From a virus, in IMG/VR virus record IMGVR_UViG_3300046170_000502, positions 64,001 through 128,000 of that record: DNA of 64,000 bases. The stretch is one strand, 5' to 3'. Positions 36,433 through 45,856 of this stretch are shown here, piece by piece (within the stretch, counting starts at the first letter, position 1; each line of letters starts with the position of its first letter). Below the pieces are notes generated by a model that was given only the letters and a program-made list of their open reading frames with translations, did no database searches and had not been told where the DNA came from. The translations under genes and the position numbers were made by a program.

Positions 36433-39357
36433 ATGAGCGCAGATAAAGTACCAAAACAAGGGGCTGATGGACTGGCGGATATCAAGGGGCTATTGAGACC
36501 TAGGAGGACCAAGCTCACAAAAAAAAGATACGGTGGGCATAATGATGGTGGTTATGTTTTGATTGAGGAAGTTTTTAATCAAGCGGAAGTTGTTTATTCT
36601 TACGGCATAGATGATTCGGAGGATTCGGATTGTTTTGATTTAGCGTGTTCTGATTTGAATAAAAAAGTGTTCATGTTCGATGGCACAATTAATAATTACG
36701 AAACAAAGCGGGCGAATATGTTTTTTAAGAAAGAAAACGTTACTGAAGATAATTTCGAATCACACCTACTCTTGCAAAATAATATCGAGAAAGATAATAT
36801 GATCCTTAAGATGGACATAGAGGGCTGCGAATATCCTGTTATAGAGAAAAATATTAATTTAATTTCTAAATGCTTTAGCATGGTTTGCGTGGAATTTCAT
36901 GGATTAAATAACCCAGAATTTTATAGATATAAAGATAAGGGGTTCGTAATAAGGTTATTGCTTGAGAATTTTGATATTTTCCATATGCACGCAAATAACT
37001 GGGTCGAAAGAAAACATTTGATTCCAAATGTTATTGAGATATCTTTTGTAAGGAAGGGTTTTTGCTTAGAAGAGCTAGATGGCCCTTACCCAGTCAAGGG
37101 GTTAGATTTTCCTAATTGCGTCGGTAGAGAAGATTATAAACTAGATTGGTGGATCGAGTCTCAGTTTGATTTTCCAAATATAAAGGACATAAAACCTGCG
37201 CAAATCACAAAAAAAATACACTTATCCTGGAGGGATAAAAATGTATTAAACGGAGACTATCAATTAATTAATAAGGGGGCAAGGAAATTGCAATTATTGA
37301 ATCCTGACTGGGATGTGGTTGTATATGATGACGAAGACATTAACGGGCTACTTAGGGACACTATAGGAAAAGAAAACTGGGACTTAATTAAGGATAAGAA
37401 GATTACCGAAAAAACAGATCTCTGGAGGTTAATAAAAACTTACAAGGAGGGTGGAATGTATATTGATATTGATCGATATATAGATACTCCAATATCTGAA
37501 ATTATGAATACAAGCACTTCAATGGTTTTACCAACTTTTCAGGATGTTGATTTTTCACAAGACTTTATATTGACTTGCCCCAAGAACCCTATAATTGGTA
37601 GAGCTATAGTTAATAATTTAAATTATAGAAAGAAGGGTAAGTCTTTGTTTTTTATGGCCGTACAGTCTTATATGCATTCTGTTAGTGAAGTTTTAACTGG
37701 AAGTAAGATTGACAGAGGGGATAATGAGGAGTACTTCAATAAAGTTAGAAGTGGGATCCAAAACTGCGAATATCTCGAGACCTACAAGGAGACTGGCCCA
37801 AGCGATCATATATTATATAGAAACTTGAATAATAATTTTGATATGAATATATTTGAGAAAGATAAGGCTGATTTTTATAACGAAGAAAATGTTGTTCATT
37901 GGAATGCTGATACTAGAAAAAAACACGAATCGATTAAATTGCAATCTAGTCTTGAGTATGATATCAAGAAATATTATTCTAATTTAGGCGAGAATTTTAT
38001 TTTTGAAGGAGGAGATAATTCTGTTGAGAATGAAGAACAATCTAAAAGATTAATTAAATTATGCGAAGAATATAATTGCAAAAATATTATGGAAATCGGA
38101 TTTAATGCAGGTCATTCTGCGGATTTGTTTTTAAGTATGAATAATGATATTAAATTAACTAGCTTTGATATTGGCGTTCATAAGTATGTTGATTATGGTA
38201 AGAAGTTTATAGATAATAAATATCCAGGCAGACATAACTTAATATTGGGTGATAGCGCAAGAACAGTAAAGGAATTTTATAAAGAAAATCCAGGTATTAA
38301 ATTTGATTTAATTTTTATTGATGGAGATCATAGTGAAATCGGAGCAATTTCAGATTTATTTAATTGCCAAAAATTAGCTGACAATAAAACGGTAGTTGTT
38401 ATGGATGACACACGCAATAATCATCCAATGCATTCTTGGAATATTAATGTGAATCGCGCTTGGAGAAAATGTATCTCAGCTGGAATGATAGATGTTATAG
38501 ATTCCGAGGATTATGATAAATCTGATTCTTGCCCAAGGGGCCAGAGCTGGGGAAATTATATTATAGAGAAAGATGAAAATCTGTTGGTTGCCGTTGAGCA
38601 ATTTAAAAAAATGAAGTATCATTGGGGAGATTTGGTTGACGATGATAGCTTGAAGTTTATTAGCGATCAACTAGAGCAGCCCCAGTTAAGTAATAGGAGT
38701 TTTGATTGTTATTATCCTGGAGGTAAAATTGCAGTGGTTAGTTTATATACTGATGAAATAGCTGACTTCGCACACTACTCAGAAAAAAATATTCGACAAT
38801 ATTGCAAAAAACACAATTATACTTTTTATGTTTATCGTGATAAAATAGAAAAGAATTCTAGCCCAAATTGGTCAAAAGCAGGTTCGATATTGAATCATAT
38901 CAGTGATCATGAATATATTGTATGGATTGATTCTGATGCATTGATATTTGATAAAAATAAAAAATTTGAAACTATTATAGGTAAGTGCGCTAAAAATAAA
39001 TATATAATTGCATGCGAGGATATTGGTAAGAATTCAATGCTAAATTCGGGTGTTTTGATATTCAAGTCAGATAGTTATACTGAAAATTTAATAAAAAAAT
39101 GGAGAGACTTTGATGGCAATAAATCATCTCTTTACGCAAGCGGTGGGGATCAAGAAATTTTATGCAGAATCTTAAAGGCTAGTGATGGTTTTGGTTTTAA
39201 TAGGAAGGTGTTTCCTATGAGTGAATTTAATACAGATCCACGAATGATTGATGATGAAACTTTTATTGTTCATTTTATGGCATACCCTTCTCATTTGAAA
39301 AAAATTTTTATAAGGTATTTTGTTTCCAAAACAATTGATGACAGTGTATTAAGTTAA
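36433..39357 (+). CDS. Four-domain glycan-modifying enzyme: FkbM-like MTase + GT32-like + class I SAM MTase + GT34-like
   Basis: YSYGI/LKMDIEGCEY; GGMYIDID; MEIGFNAGHS/DLIFIDGDH; WSKAG...WIDSDALI...LNSGV...DQE. Confidence 0.75.
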   Translation: MSADKVPKQGADGLADIKGLLRPRRTKLTKKRYGGHNDGGYVLIEEVFNQAEVVYSYGIDDSEDSDCFDLACSDLNKKVFMFDGTINNYETKRANMFFKKENVTEDNFESHLLLQNNIEKDNMILKMDIEGCEYPVIEKNINLISKCFSMVCVEFHGLNNPEFYRYKDKGFVIRLLLENFDIFHMHANNWVERKHLIPNVIEISFVRKGFCLEELDGPYPVKGLDFPNCVGREDYKLDWWIESQFDFPNIKDIKPAQITKKIHLSWRDKNVLNGDYQLINKGARKLQLLNPDWDVVVYDDEDINGLLRDTIGKENWDLIKDKKITEKTDLWRLIKTYKEGGMYIDIDRYIDTPISEIMNTSTSMVLPTFQDVDFSQDFILTCPKNPIIGRAIVNNLNYRKKGKSLFFMAVQSYMHSVSEVLTGSKIDRGDNEEYFNKVRSGIQNCEYLETYKETGPSDHILYRNLNNNFDMNIFEKDKADFYNEENVVHWNADTRKKHESIKLQSSLEYDIKKYYSNLGENFIFEGGDNSVENEEQSKRLIKLCEEYNCKNIMEIGFNAGHSADLFLSMNNDIKLTSFDIGVHKYVDYGKKFIDNKYPGRHNLILGDSARTVKEFYKENPGIKFDLIFIDGDHSEIGAISDLFNCQKLADNKTVVVMDDTRNNHPMHSWNINVNRAWRKCISAGMIDVIDSEDYDKSDSCPRGQSWGNYIIEKDENLLVAVEQFKKMKYHWGDLVDDDSLKFISDQLEQPQLSNRSFDCYYPGGKIAVVSLYTDEIADFAHYSEKNIRQYCKKHNYTFYVYRDKIEKNSSPNWSKAGSILNHISDHEYIVWIDSDALIFDKNKKFETIIGKCAKNKYIIACEDIGKNSMLNSGVLIFKSDSYTENLIKKWRDFDGNKSSLYASGGDQEILCRILKASDGFGFNRKVFPMSEFNTDPRMIDDETFIVHFMAYPSHLKKIFIRYFVSKTIDDSVLS
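39344..39348 (+). promoter_or_regulatory. GTGTA motif upstream of the fibre cluster
   Basis: 10 nt before an ATG at 39359 (short uORF) and 47 nt before the fibre ATG. Confidence 0.45.
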
Positions 39358-39395
39358 TATGAGAAGCTTCCAGACAAAAAACAAAGGTTAATATT

Positions 39396-42300
39396 ATGGC
39401 AAAAAATAAAGTATATTTAATAAAAAGTGGAGAAAACTCTTTTGTAGAAGAAACTGAGGGTGTTTTAGGTATTAGCGGTGGGAAGTTTGGTTTCGGGACA
39501 ACTAGCCCAGAGGCCGATGTACATATCAGCGGAAATACTCAAATAGATGGAGATCTCTCAGTTAAGGGAAATTTCTCAACAGTTAATCAAACAACCGTAC
39601 AAATTGACGATAAGAATATTGAATTGGGGTTTGTCGATTCGCCAACCAATTTAACTGCAGACGGTGGAGGCATCACTCTAAAAGGAGCTACCGATAAGAC
39701 TATAATTTGGCAAAATTCAAACTCGGCTTGGAATTTCAGCGATAGCATACATATTGATTCAGAGAAAAGTATTTCAACAAAAGAAATAAAAGGTGTGAAT
39801 TTCTCAGGATTAAACTTGTTGGATGAAAGTGGTAGTGGAGTTTTTATAAAAAGCGGAAGAATTGGGGTTTTGAATGATTCCCCAGCTTATGATTTAGATG
39901 TCTCTGGAAGTGGTAATTTTTCCGAAGGTCTTTATGTAGATGGAAATGCTGTTGTTACCGGTGAGGCTGGGAAGTGGAGAGACGGGGTGAGCGCTGGAGA
40001 TATCACTTATACAGGAGGTAAAGTTGGTATAAGTAATGATTCCCCAGCTTATGATTTAGATGTCTCTGGAAGTGGTAATTTTTCCGCAGGTCTTTATGTA
40101 GATGGAAATGCTGTTGTTACCGGTGAGGCTGGAAAGTGGAGAAGTAATAGTAATATTGGCGAAATAATTTATACAGGAGGTAACGTTGGTATAAGTAATG
40201 ATTCCCCAGCTTATGATTTAGATGTCTCTGGAAGTGGTAATTTTTCCGCAGGTCTTTATGTAGATGGAAATGCTGTTGTTACTGGTGAGGGTGGAAAGTG
40301 GAGAGACGGAGTGAGCGCTGGAGATATCACTTATACAGGAGGTAACGTTGGTATAAGTAATGATTCCCCAGCTTATGATTTAGATGTCTCTGGAAGTGCT
40401 AATTTTTCCGCAGGTCTTTATGTAGATGGAAATGCTGTTGTTACTGGTGAGGGTGGAAAGTGGAGAGACGGAGTGAGCGCTGGAGATATCACTTATACAG
40501 GAGGTAACGTTGGCATCGGAACAGATAACCCAATTAGAGATTTTTACGTAGATGGAGACGCTCGTATCGATGGGGATCTAGAGGTTAACTCTCAATTTAA
40601 AGTCGGTCAATATGGGGCCATTGGAGATTCGCAACCTATCGCTCACGGAGATATCATGAAGTGGGATTCCACAAATTCAAAATGGTCAGTAGGTTCAAAT
40701 ATTCCTGGTGGACTAGTAACGGGAGAGGTTCCCTTAGGGTTTATTCAAGCTTTGCCTAGCGGCAGTTCAATTTACTCAATATCATTTGTTGAAGAATACG
40801 GAGCTATACCAAGTATTTCTACAGATTTACAGATAGAAGGAGAGGGAGGTATTATTCCTTATGTATTATCAGGAGTTTCCGAAAGTGGTTATAATTTAGT
40901 TTTTTCGAGGGAAATCCCTAATAATAATTATAGAGTTCATACGACATTTGGTGGCAGGCCAGTTTACTGGAATACGGGATCCAGCGCCAGCGTTAATTAT
41001 GAGGATGGGGATGTAAATATACTTCGGGATTTAACTGTTAGTGGTAATTTAACTGTGGATGGCACTCAGTTGATCGTTAATACTGAAACAATCAAACTTG
41101 AAGATCATAACATTGAAATCGCTTCAAACGCTACTTATGATTCGATTTCCGACGCTGGAATTTCTTGGGGGACGGATCCACTTGGGGGCGTTTCCCCTGT
41201 TTCTTTAACCTATACTTATGGACAAGGTTTTTCTTTCGGTGGCGGTAGTGTAGGTATTGGTACTACGAATCCTTCATCTAGATTAACAGTAAATCCTGGT
41301 AGTGTTACTAATGCTGGAACTTGGTCAGATTCTGCTTTAGCGATAACTAATCCAACAAATATTGGCTCTTATTCCCAAATTTCTTTTGGTTATACTGTCG
41401 GAACAATAAATGCAGCTGCTTATTTGGGGTTCGTGTCTACGAATCAAGGCTCTAATGGTTATGGAGATCTAGTATTTGGCACTCGCTCCGTAAATACAGA
41501 CACTGCGCCTACTGAGAGAATGCGCATAAATTCTAACGGCAACGTAGGTATTGGTACTACGAATCCTGATGCTCCACTTACCATATCAAGAACGCATACC
41601 AATGGTTCACCTGGTATAGATAATTTTATTACCTTAGATGCCACCGAAAAGTCGGGCCAAAATTTAGAGGCTGGTGATGGGGTGGGTATACTCTTTAAAG
41701 TTCCTGTCGAGTCACAATCAAGTAGTGTCGGAGCAAGAATCGCAGCTGTTCGTGAGGGCGGAACTGAGAATGCTACAAGCACAGAGTTAGTATTTCAAGT
41801 TTCTCAACAAGATGAAACACTTGATGAAGCAATGCGCATTGATCGCGACGGCAACGTAGGTATTGGTACTACGAATCCTGAGAGCGTGCTACAGGTTCAA
41901 GGGAAACAAGAATACGCTAATTCAGCAAGTGATTTAGCCACGTCTGTTACAAAAAGTGCTTTGCGAGTTCGCGGAAGTAATAACTCGAGTGACTCTCTCT
42001 GGATGGGAGTTGAGAATGTAAACGCGAATCCATATATACAAGGCTCAAATGGAAGCGGTAGTAATGCAAAAAATATTTCAATTAATCCGTTTGGCGGCAA
42101 CGTAGGTATTGGTACTACGAATCCTGGTGCTAAATTAGATATATCAAGTTCATCTACAAATATTGATATTTTAAGCACTGATGGTGATTTTGTAAATATT
42201 AGAAACCAAAATTCTACAACCAACAACTTCTCTTCAATAGGGTTTTTTGATAGTAGTAATGAATTAACGAGTAGGATTGCTTCTATTAGAGGAACTTCCA

Positions 42301-43373
42301 ACGGGCGTGGTTCTCTAGCGTTTATAAACGGACAAACATCGGATGGTTTAAAGGTAGAAATGATGCGTATCACCTCCGACGGCAACGTAGGTATTGGTAC
42401 TACGAGTCCTGGTGCGAAGTTGGATATAGCTGTTTCCTCAGGTGACGCCGCCTTATTAGTAAGAAATGCTACACAAACATTAAGGTTTGATCAAAATAGT
42501 ATAAGAACAAGCACTAGTAATGATTTAGGTATATTTACTAGTGGAAATTCAGGTCAAATATATTTAAAACAAAGTAATGGTAATGTAGGTATTGGTACTA
42601 CGAATCCTAGTGCGAAACTAACTCTCCCAGCAAGCGAATCTATTTCGTTTGATGACAGTTCTGGAAATAGTAAATGCGAAATTAATTCAGGTGCAGCAGG
42701 AACTCTACAACTACAAGGAGATTTGGACTTAAGATTTAAAACAACTGTTGAAGCAATGCGTATCAACTCCAACGGCAACGTAGGTATTGGTACTACGAAT
42801 CCTAGTGCGGGTCGGTTAGATGTGTGGCAAACAGAGAGTACCTCGGATTCGTGTATTAAAACTGTAAGACCTGGGACTGCAGAGAGAACACATTTAGCTT
42901 TTTATAACGCTAACGGTATTGTCGGCACTATAGAGGCAGGTGGTACTACTACATCATACAATACTAGCTCAGACTACAGATTAAAAGAAAATGTTGTCGA
43001 AGTTGATAATGCAATAGAAAGAGTTAATAAGCTTAAACCTTGTAGGTTTAATTTTATAGCAGATCCAGAAAAAATTGTTGATGGATTCTTGGCTCATGAA
43101 GTTCAAGAAGTTGTACCAGAAGCTATTTCCGGAGAAAAGGATGCCGTTAGAGAAGAAGAGTGCGAAATTGCGCCAGCAGAATTAGATGATGATGGTAATG
43201 TTGTTACTGAAGCCGAAATGGGAACGAAAGAAGTGCCTGAATATCAAGGTATAGACCAAAGTAAACTTGTACCTCTTTTGACCAAAGCAATCCAAGAACA
43301 ACAGAAACTAATTGAATCTCAACAATCAAAAATCAACGACTTGGTATCTCGCGTTGAATATCTAGAATCTTAA
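39396..43373 (+). CDS. Tail fibre/spike protein 1 with a C-terminal S74 intramolecular chaperone
   Basis: TTVQIDDKNIELG fibre motif, repeated GNVGIGTTNP, SSDYRLKENV cleavage motif, GFLAHEV and a terminal coiled coil. Confidence 0.88.
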   Translation: MAKNKVYLIKSGENSFVEETEGVLGISGGKFGFGTTSPEADVHISGNTQIDGDLSVKGNFSTVNQTTVQIDDKNIELGFVDSPTNLTADGGGITLKGATDKTIIWQNSNSAWNFSDSIHIDSEKSISTKEIKGVNFSGLNLLDESGSGVFIKSGRIGVLNDSPAYDLDVSGSGNFSEGLYVDGNAVVTGEAGKWRDGVSAGDITYTGGKVGISNDSPAYDLDVSGSGNFSAGLYVDGNAVVTGEAGKWRSNSNIGEIIYTGGNVGISNDSPAYDLDVSGSGNFSAGLYVDGNAVVTGEGGKWRDGVSAGDITYTGGNVGISNDSPAYDLDVSGSANFSAGLYVDGNAVVTGEGGKWRDGVSAGDITYTGGNVGIGTDNPIRDFYVDGDARIDGDLEVNSQFKVGQYGAIGDSQPIAHGDIMKWDSTNSKWSVGSNIPGGLVTGEVPLGFIQALPSGSSIYSISFVEEYGAIPSISTDLQIEGEGGIIPYVLSGVSESGYNLVFSREIPNNNYRVHTTFGGRPVYWNTGSSASVNYEDGDVNILRDLTVSGNLTVDGTQLIVNTETIKLEDHNIEIASNATYDSISDAGISWGTDPLGGVSPVSLTYTYGQGFSFGGGSVGIGTTNPSSRLTVNPGSVTNAGTWSDSALAITNPTNIGSYSQISFGYTVGTINAAAYLGFVSTNQGSNGYGDLVFGTRSVNTDTAPTERMRINSNGNVGIGTTNPDAPLTISRTHTNGSPGIDNFITLDATEKSGQNLEAGDGVGILFKVPVESQSSSVGARIAAVREGGTENATSTELVFQVSQQDETLDEAMRIDRDGNVGIGTTNPESVLQVQGKQEYANSASDLATSVTKSALRVRGSNNSSDSLWMGVENVNANPYIQGSNGSGSNAKNISINPFGGNVGIGTTNPGAKLDISSSSTNIDILSTDGDFVNIRNQNSTTNNFSSIGFFDSSNELTSRIASIRGTSNGRGSLAFINGQTSDGLKVEMMRITSDGNVGIGTTSPGAKLDIAVSSGDAALLVRNATQTLRFDQNSIRTSTSNDLGIFTSGNSGQIYLKQSNGNVGIGTTNPSAKLTLPASESISFDDSSGNSKCEINSGAAGTLQLQGDLDLRFKTTVEAMRINSNGNVGIGTTNPSAGRLDVWQTESTSDSCIKTVRPGTAERTHLAFYNANGIVGTIEAGGTTTSYNTSSDYRLKENVVEVDNAIERVNKLKPCRFNFIADPEKIVDGFLAHEVQEVVPEAISGEKDAVREEECEIAPAELDDDGNVVTEAEMGTKEVPEYQGIDQSKLVPLLTKAIQEQQKLIESQQSKINDLVSRVEYLES
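39873..40512 (+). repeat. Four tandem 162-bp (54-aa) coding repeats
   Basis: AATGATTCCCCAGCTTATG starts at 39873, 40035, 40197 and 40359. Confidence 0.92.
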
Positions 43374-43386
43374 TAGAAAGAATAAA

Positions 43387-45408
43387 ATGAAAGACCTAAA
43401 CTCCGAGAACGCATTTTTTGAAAATGTTTCAACCGATAATTTAAATTTCAATAGTGTAAATAACGACACTCCTCAATCAGTTAATGATGTTCTCGCTTGG
43501 AACGGATCAAGTTGGGAAGTTAAGGCCGCCTCAGACCTTGGTGTCGGAGGAGGGGGTGGAGGAGGCTCTACGCCTTCTTCTTTTGTGTCGAATATTCCAG
43601 CTGGAGTTGAGAGTCATGCAATAACATATGGGCCTTTCAGCTCCACTCCAAAAATAGCTTCAAGTTTGGAAATAAATGGGGATGGAGAAATTATTCCATA
43701 TACTATGTCTGGAGTTTCAGCGACGGGATATCACGCAATATTTTCTGACGCAACTCCAAATGCAAACTATAATATTCATACCGTTTTCGGAGGGGAATCC
43801 GCAGGATCTAGTGGGGGAGGCCTAAGCTACAACGAAGTTGTTGTAACTGTATCAGGTGCAAAGTTTTATATCGACGGAACTCAACAGTTACAACTTTCGC
43901 TTCAAAGGGGGCTTTCTTACAGATTTGACCAAAGCGATAGTACTAATTCTGGGCACCCTATCAAATTTAGCACTCTTAGTGACGGAACGCATAATACACC
44001 TGCAGGTAGTGAGTATACTGCCGGAATAGTTTATTCTGGTACTCCAGGCTCTGCTGGAGCTTATACAGAAGTAACTTTAAGCCAGAGTTCTCCTAACTTG
44101 TATTATTACTGCGAAAATCATCCTGGAATGGGGGGCAGTGCCCTTGGCGAAATAATTCTTAAGGCTAATGGCAACGTAGGTATTGGTACTACGAATCCTG
44201 CTGGTACATTAGAATTAAATAGCAGCAGTACTGATACTAACTTTTATATGGGCGGTACTCCAAGTGCTGGCTCAAGAGAGGCTTGGAGGTTTCAAGCTGA
44301 AGGAGATATTTTACATATAGGTCAATCTAAAAGTAGTTATGCTAAATATATGACTTTTTTCGGTAGTAAGGTAGGTATTGGTGCTACGAATCCTTCTCAC
44401 GATTTAACTCTTGGATCAGGAACTTCCGCTGGAACTGCTTCAACAAGGTTAAAAATATACAGAGGCGCAGATGATCCAGGACAAAATCTTGAAATGGGGT
44501 ATGATCATATCACCGTTACGCGAGATGCAAATACATTAGCAAATCCACAATCGACTTTTTCAATCAAACAAAAAGGTAGTGATGGTGAAAGAACAGCAAT
44601 ACATATCAACACCAACGGCAATGTAGGTATTGGTACTGTGAATCCTGGAAATATTTTAAATATCTATGATAGTGCAGCAGGTTCCGCGGGAACATCTGCT
44701 AGCCCTGATTGGTCTGACTCATTATTCCTTCAAAGAAATATTCCAAGCAATTATCAAGGAACAAGAATATTATTTGCGCATGGTAAGGCATCTATCGGTG
44801 GATTTAGGGAAGATAATACTGAGGACGGTGCGCATCATTTGGCATTTTACACGGGTGGAAATATTAGCGGGATTAACGAAGCAATGCGTATTACAAACAC
44901 TGGCGACGTATTGGTGGGGGCGACGAGTATAAATTCAGGATTAGGTGGAGTAGCTCAGTTTGAAGCTTCAAATCCAACCAATGGCGGTATAATTATTAAT
45001 ACTCAGAACTCTAATTTGAATAATTATTGCCGCTTGATGTTTACCGTAGCTAATACTGTAGGTAATGAAGGTTTAATCCGATATAACAGTAACGATTACC
45101 ACATGTCTTTTTGGACTAAAGCTCAAGAAAGAGTCCGTATCAAACAAGATGGCAACGTAGGTATTGGTACTACGAGTCCTAATACATCATTTCATGTAAG
45201 TTCTCAAGTAGGTAATGGTGATGGTACAGTGTTTGTAGAAAATACCTTGGCAACTTATGGAATGGGGTTAAAGGTCAAGGGCGGTGGAAATGTTGACAAT
45301 GAAAGGTTTGCATTAAAAGTTCAAAATGCTGCTGGGGATGATATTCTTTTCGCTCAATCAAAAACAGGCAATGTCGGCATTGGTACTACGGATCCTAGGT
45401 TCATATAA
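43387..45408 (+). CDS. Tail fibre protein 2 (N-terminal part; stops just before its S74 domain)
   Basis: GNVGIGTTNP repeats and a YYYCENHPGMG domain; ends ..DPRFI* where paralog 3 continues ..DTSSYKLHVNG. Confidence 0.82.
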   Translation: MKDLNSENAFFENVSTDNLNFNSVNNDTPQSVNDVLAWNGSSWEVKAASDLGVGGGGGGGSTPSSFVSNIPAGVESHAITYGPFSSTPKIASSLEINGDGEIIPYTMSGVSATGYHAIFSDATPNANYNIHTVFGGESAGSSGGGLSYNEVVVTVSGAKFYIDGTQQLQLSLQRGLSYRFDQSDSTNSGHPIKFSTLSDGTHNTPAGSEYTAGIVYSGTPGSAGAYTEVTLSQSSPNLYYYCENHPGMGGSALGEIILKANGNVGIGTTNPAGTLELNSSSTDTNFYMGGTPSAGSREAWRFQAEGDILHIGQSKSSYAKYMTFFGSKVGIGATNPSHDLTLGSGTSAGTASTRLKIYRGADDPGQNLEMGYDHITVTRDANTLANPQSTFSIKQKGSDGERTAIHINTNGNVGIGTVNPGNILNIYDSAAGSAGTSASPDWSDSLFLQRNIPSNYQGTRILFAHGKASIGGFREDNTEDGAHHLAFYTGGNISGINEAMRITNTGDVLVGATSINSGLGGVAQFEASNPTNGGIIINTQNSNLNNYCRLMFTVANTVGNEGLIRYNSNDYHMSFWTKAQERVRIKQDGNVGIGTTSPNTSFHVSSQVGNGDGTVFVENTLATYGMGLKVKGGGNVDNERFALKVQNAAGDDILFAQSKTGNVGIGTTDPRFI

Positions 45409-45850
45409 ATTATATGTAAATGGTAGTGTTTTTGCCAGTTCATATTACCCTACTTCTGACGACCGCGTCAAACACAACGAACAACCTATCGTTGGCGCAC
45501 TTGAAACACTCTCTAAAATTACACCCAAGAAGTACATCAAAACAACCGAAATGTACGATGTCGATCATGACTTTAAACTTGATTCTGACGGCAATCCGAT
45601 TGATGAGAATGGTGAATCAGTTGAACATCGCATCGAAGCAGGTGTAATCGCGCAACAAGTATTAACCGTTGATGAATTAGCATTTGCGGTTACCCCAGAA
45701 GGTGTAGACGAAGATGAAAATGCTACCAGACCACACGGCCTCGATTACAATAGTTTATTTACTTATGCAATCGCCGCAATTCAAGAACAACAGAAACTAA
45801 TCGAAGACTTGAGGGGCGAAGTAGAGGTTTTAAAAAAACAAATAAATTAA
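45400..45850 (+). pseudogene. Out-of-frame S74 chaperone portion of fibre 2 (+1 frameshift)
   Basis: Removing one G at 45398-45399 gives DPSSYKLYVNGSVFASSYYPTSDDRVKHN..., collinear with fibre 3. Confidence 0.75.
45414..45777 (+). repeat. 364-bp direct repeat, copy 1 (S74 coding)
   Basis: Appears identical to 47547-47910; translations in two frames are identical. Confidence 0.88.
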
Positions 45851-45856
45851 AAACAA

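Noticed and set aside
43547-43566. G-rich runs here and at about 55788-55806 as G-quadruplex or phase-variation tracts
   Set aside because: They are explained by poly-Gly linkers (GGN codons) with no long homopolymer.
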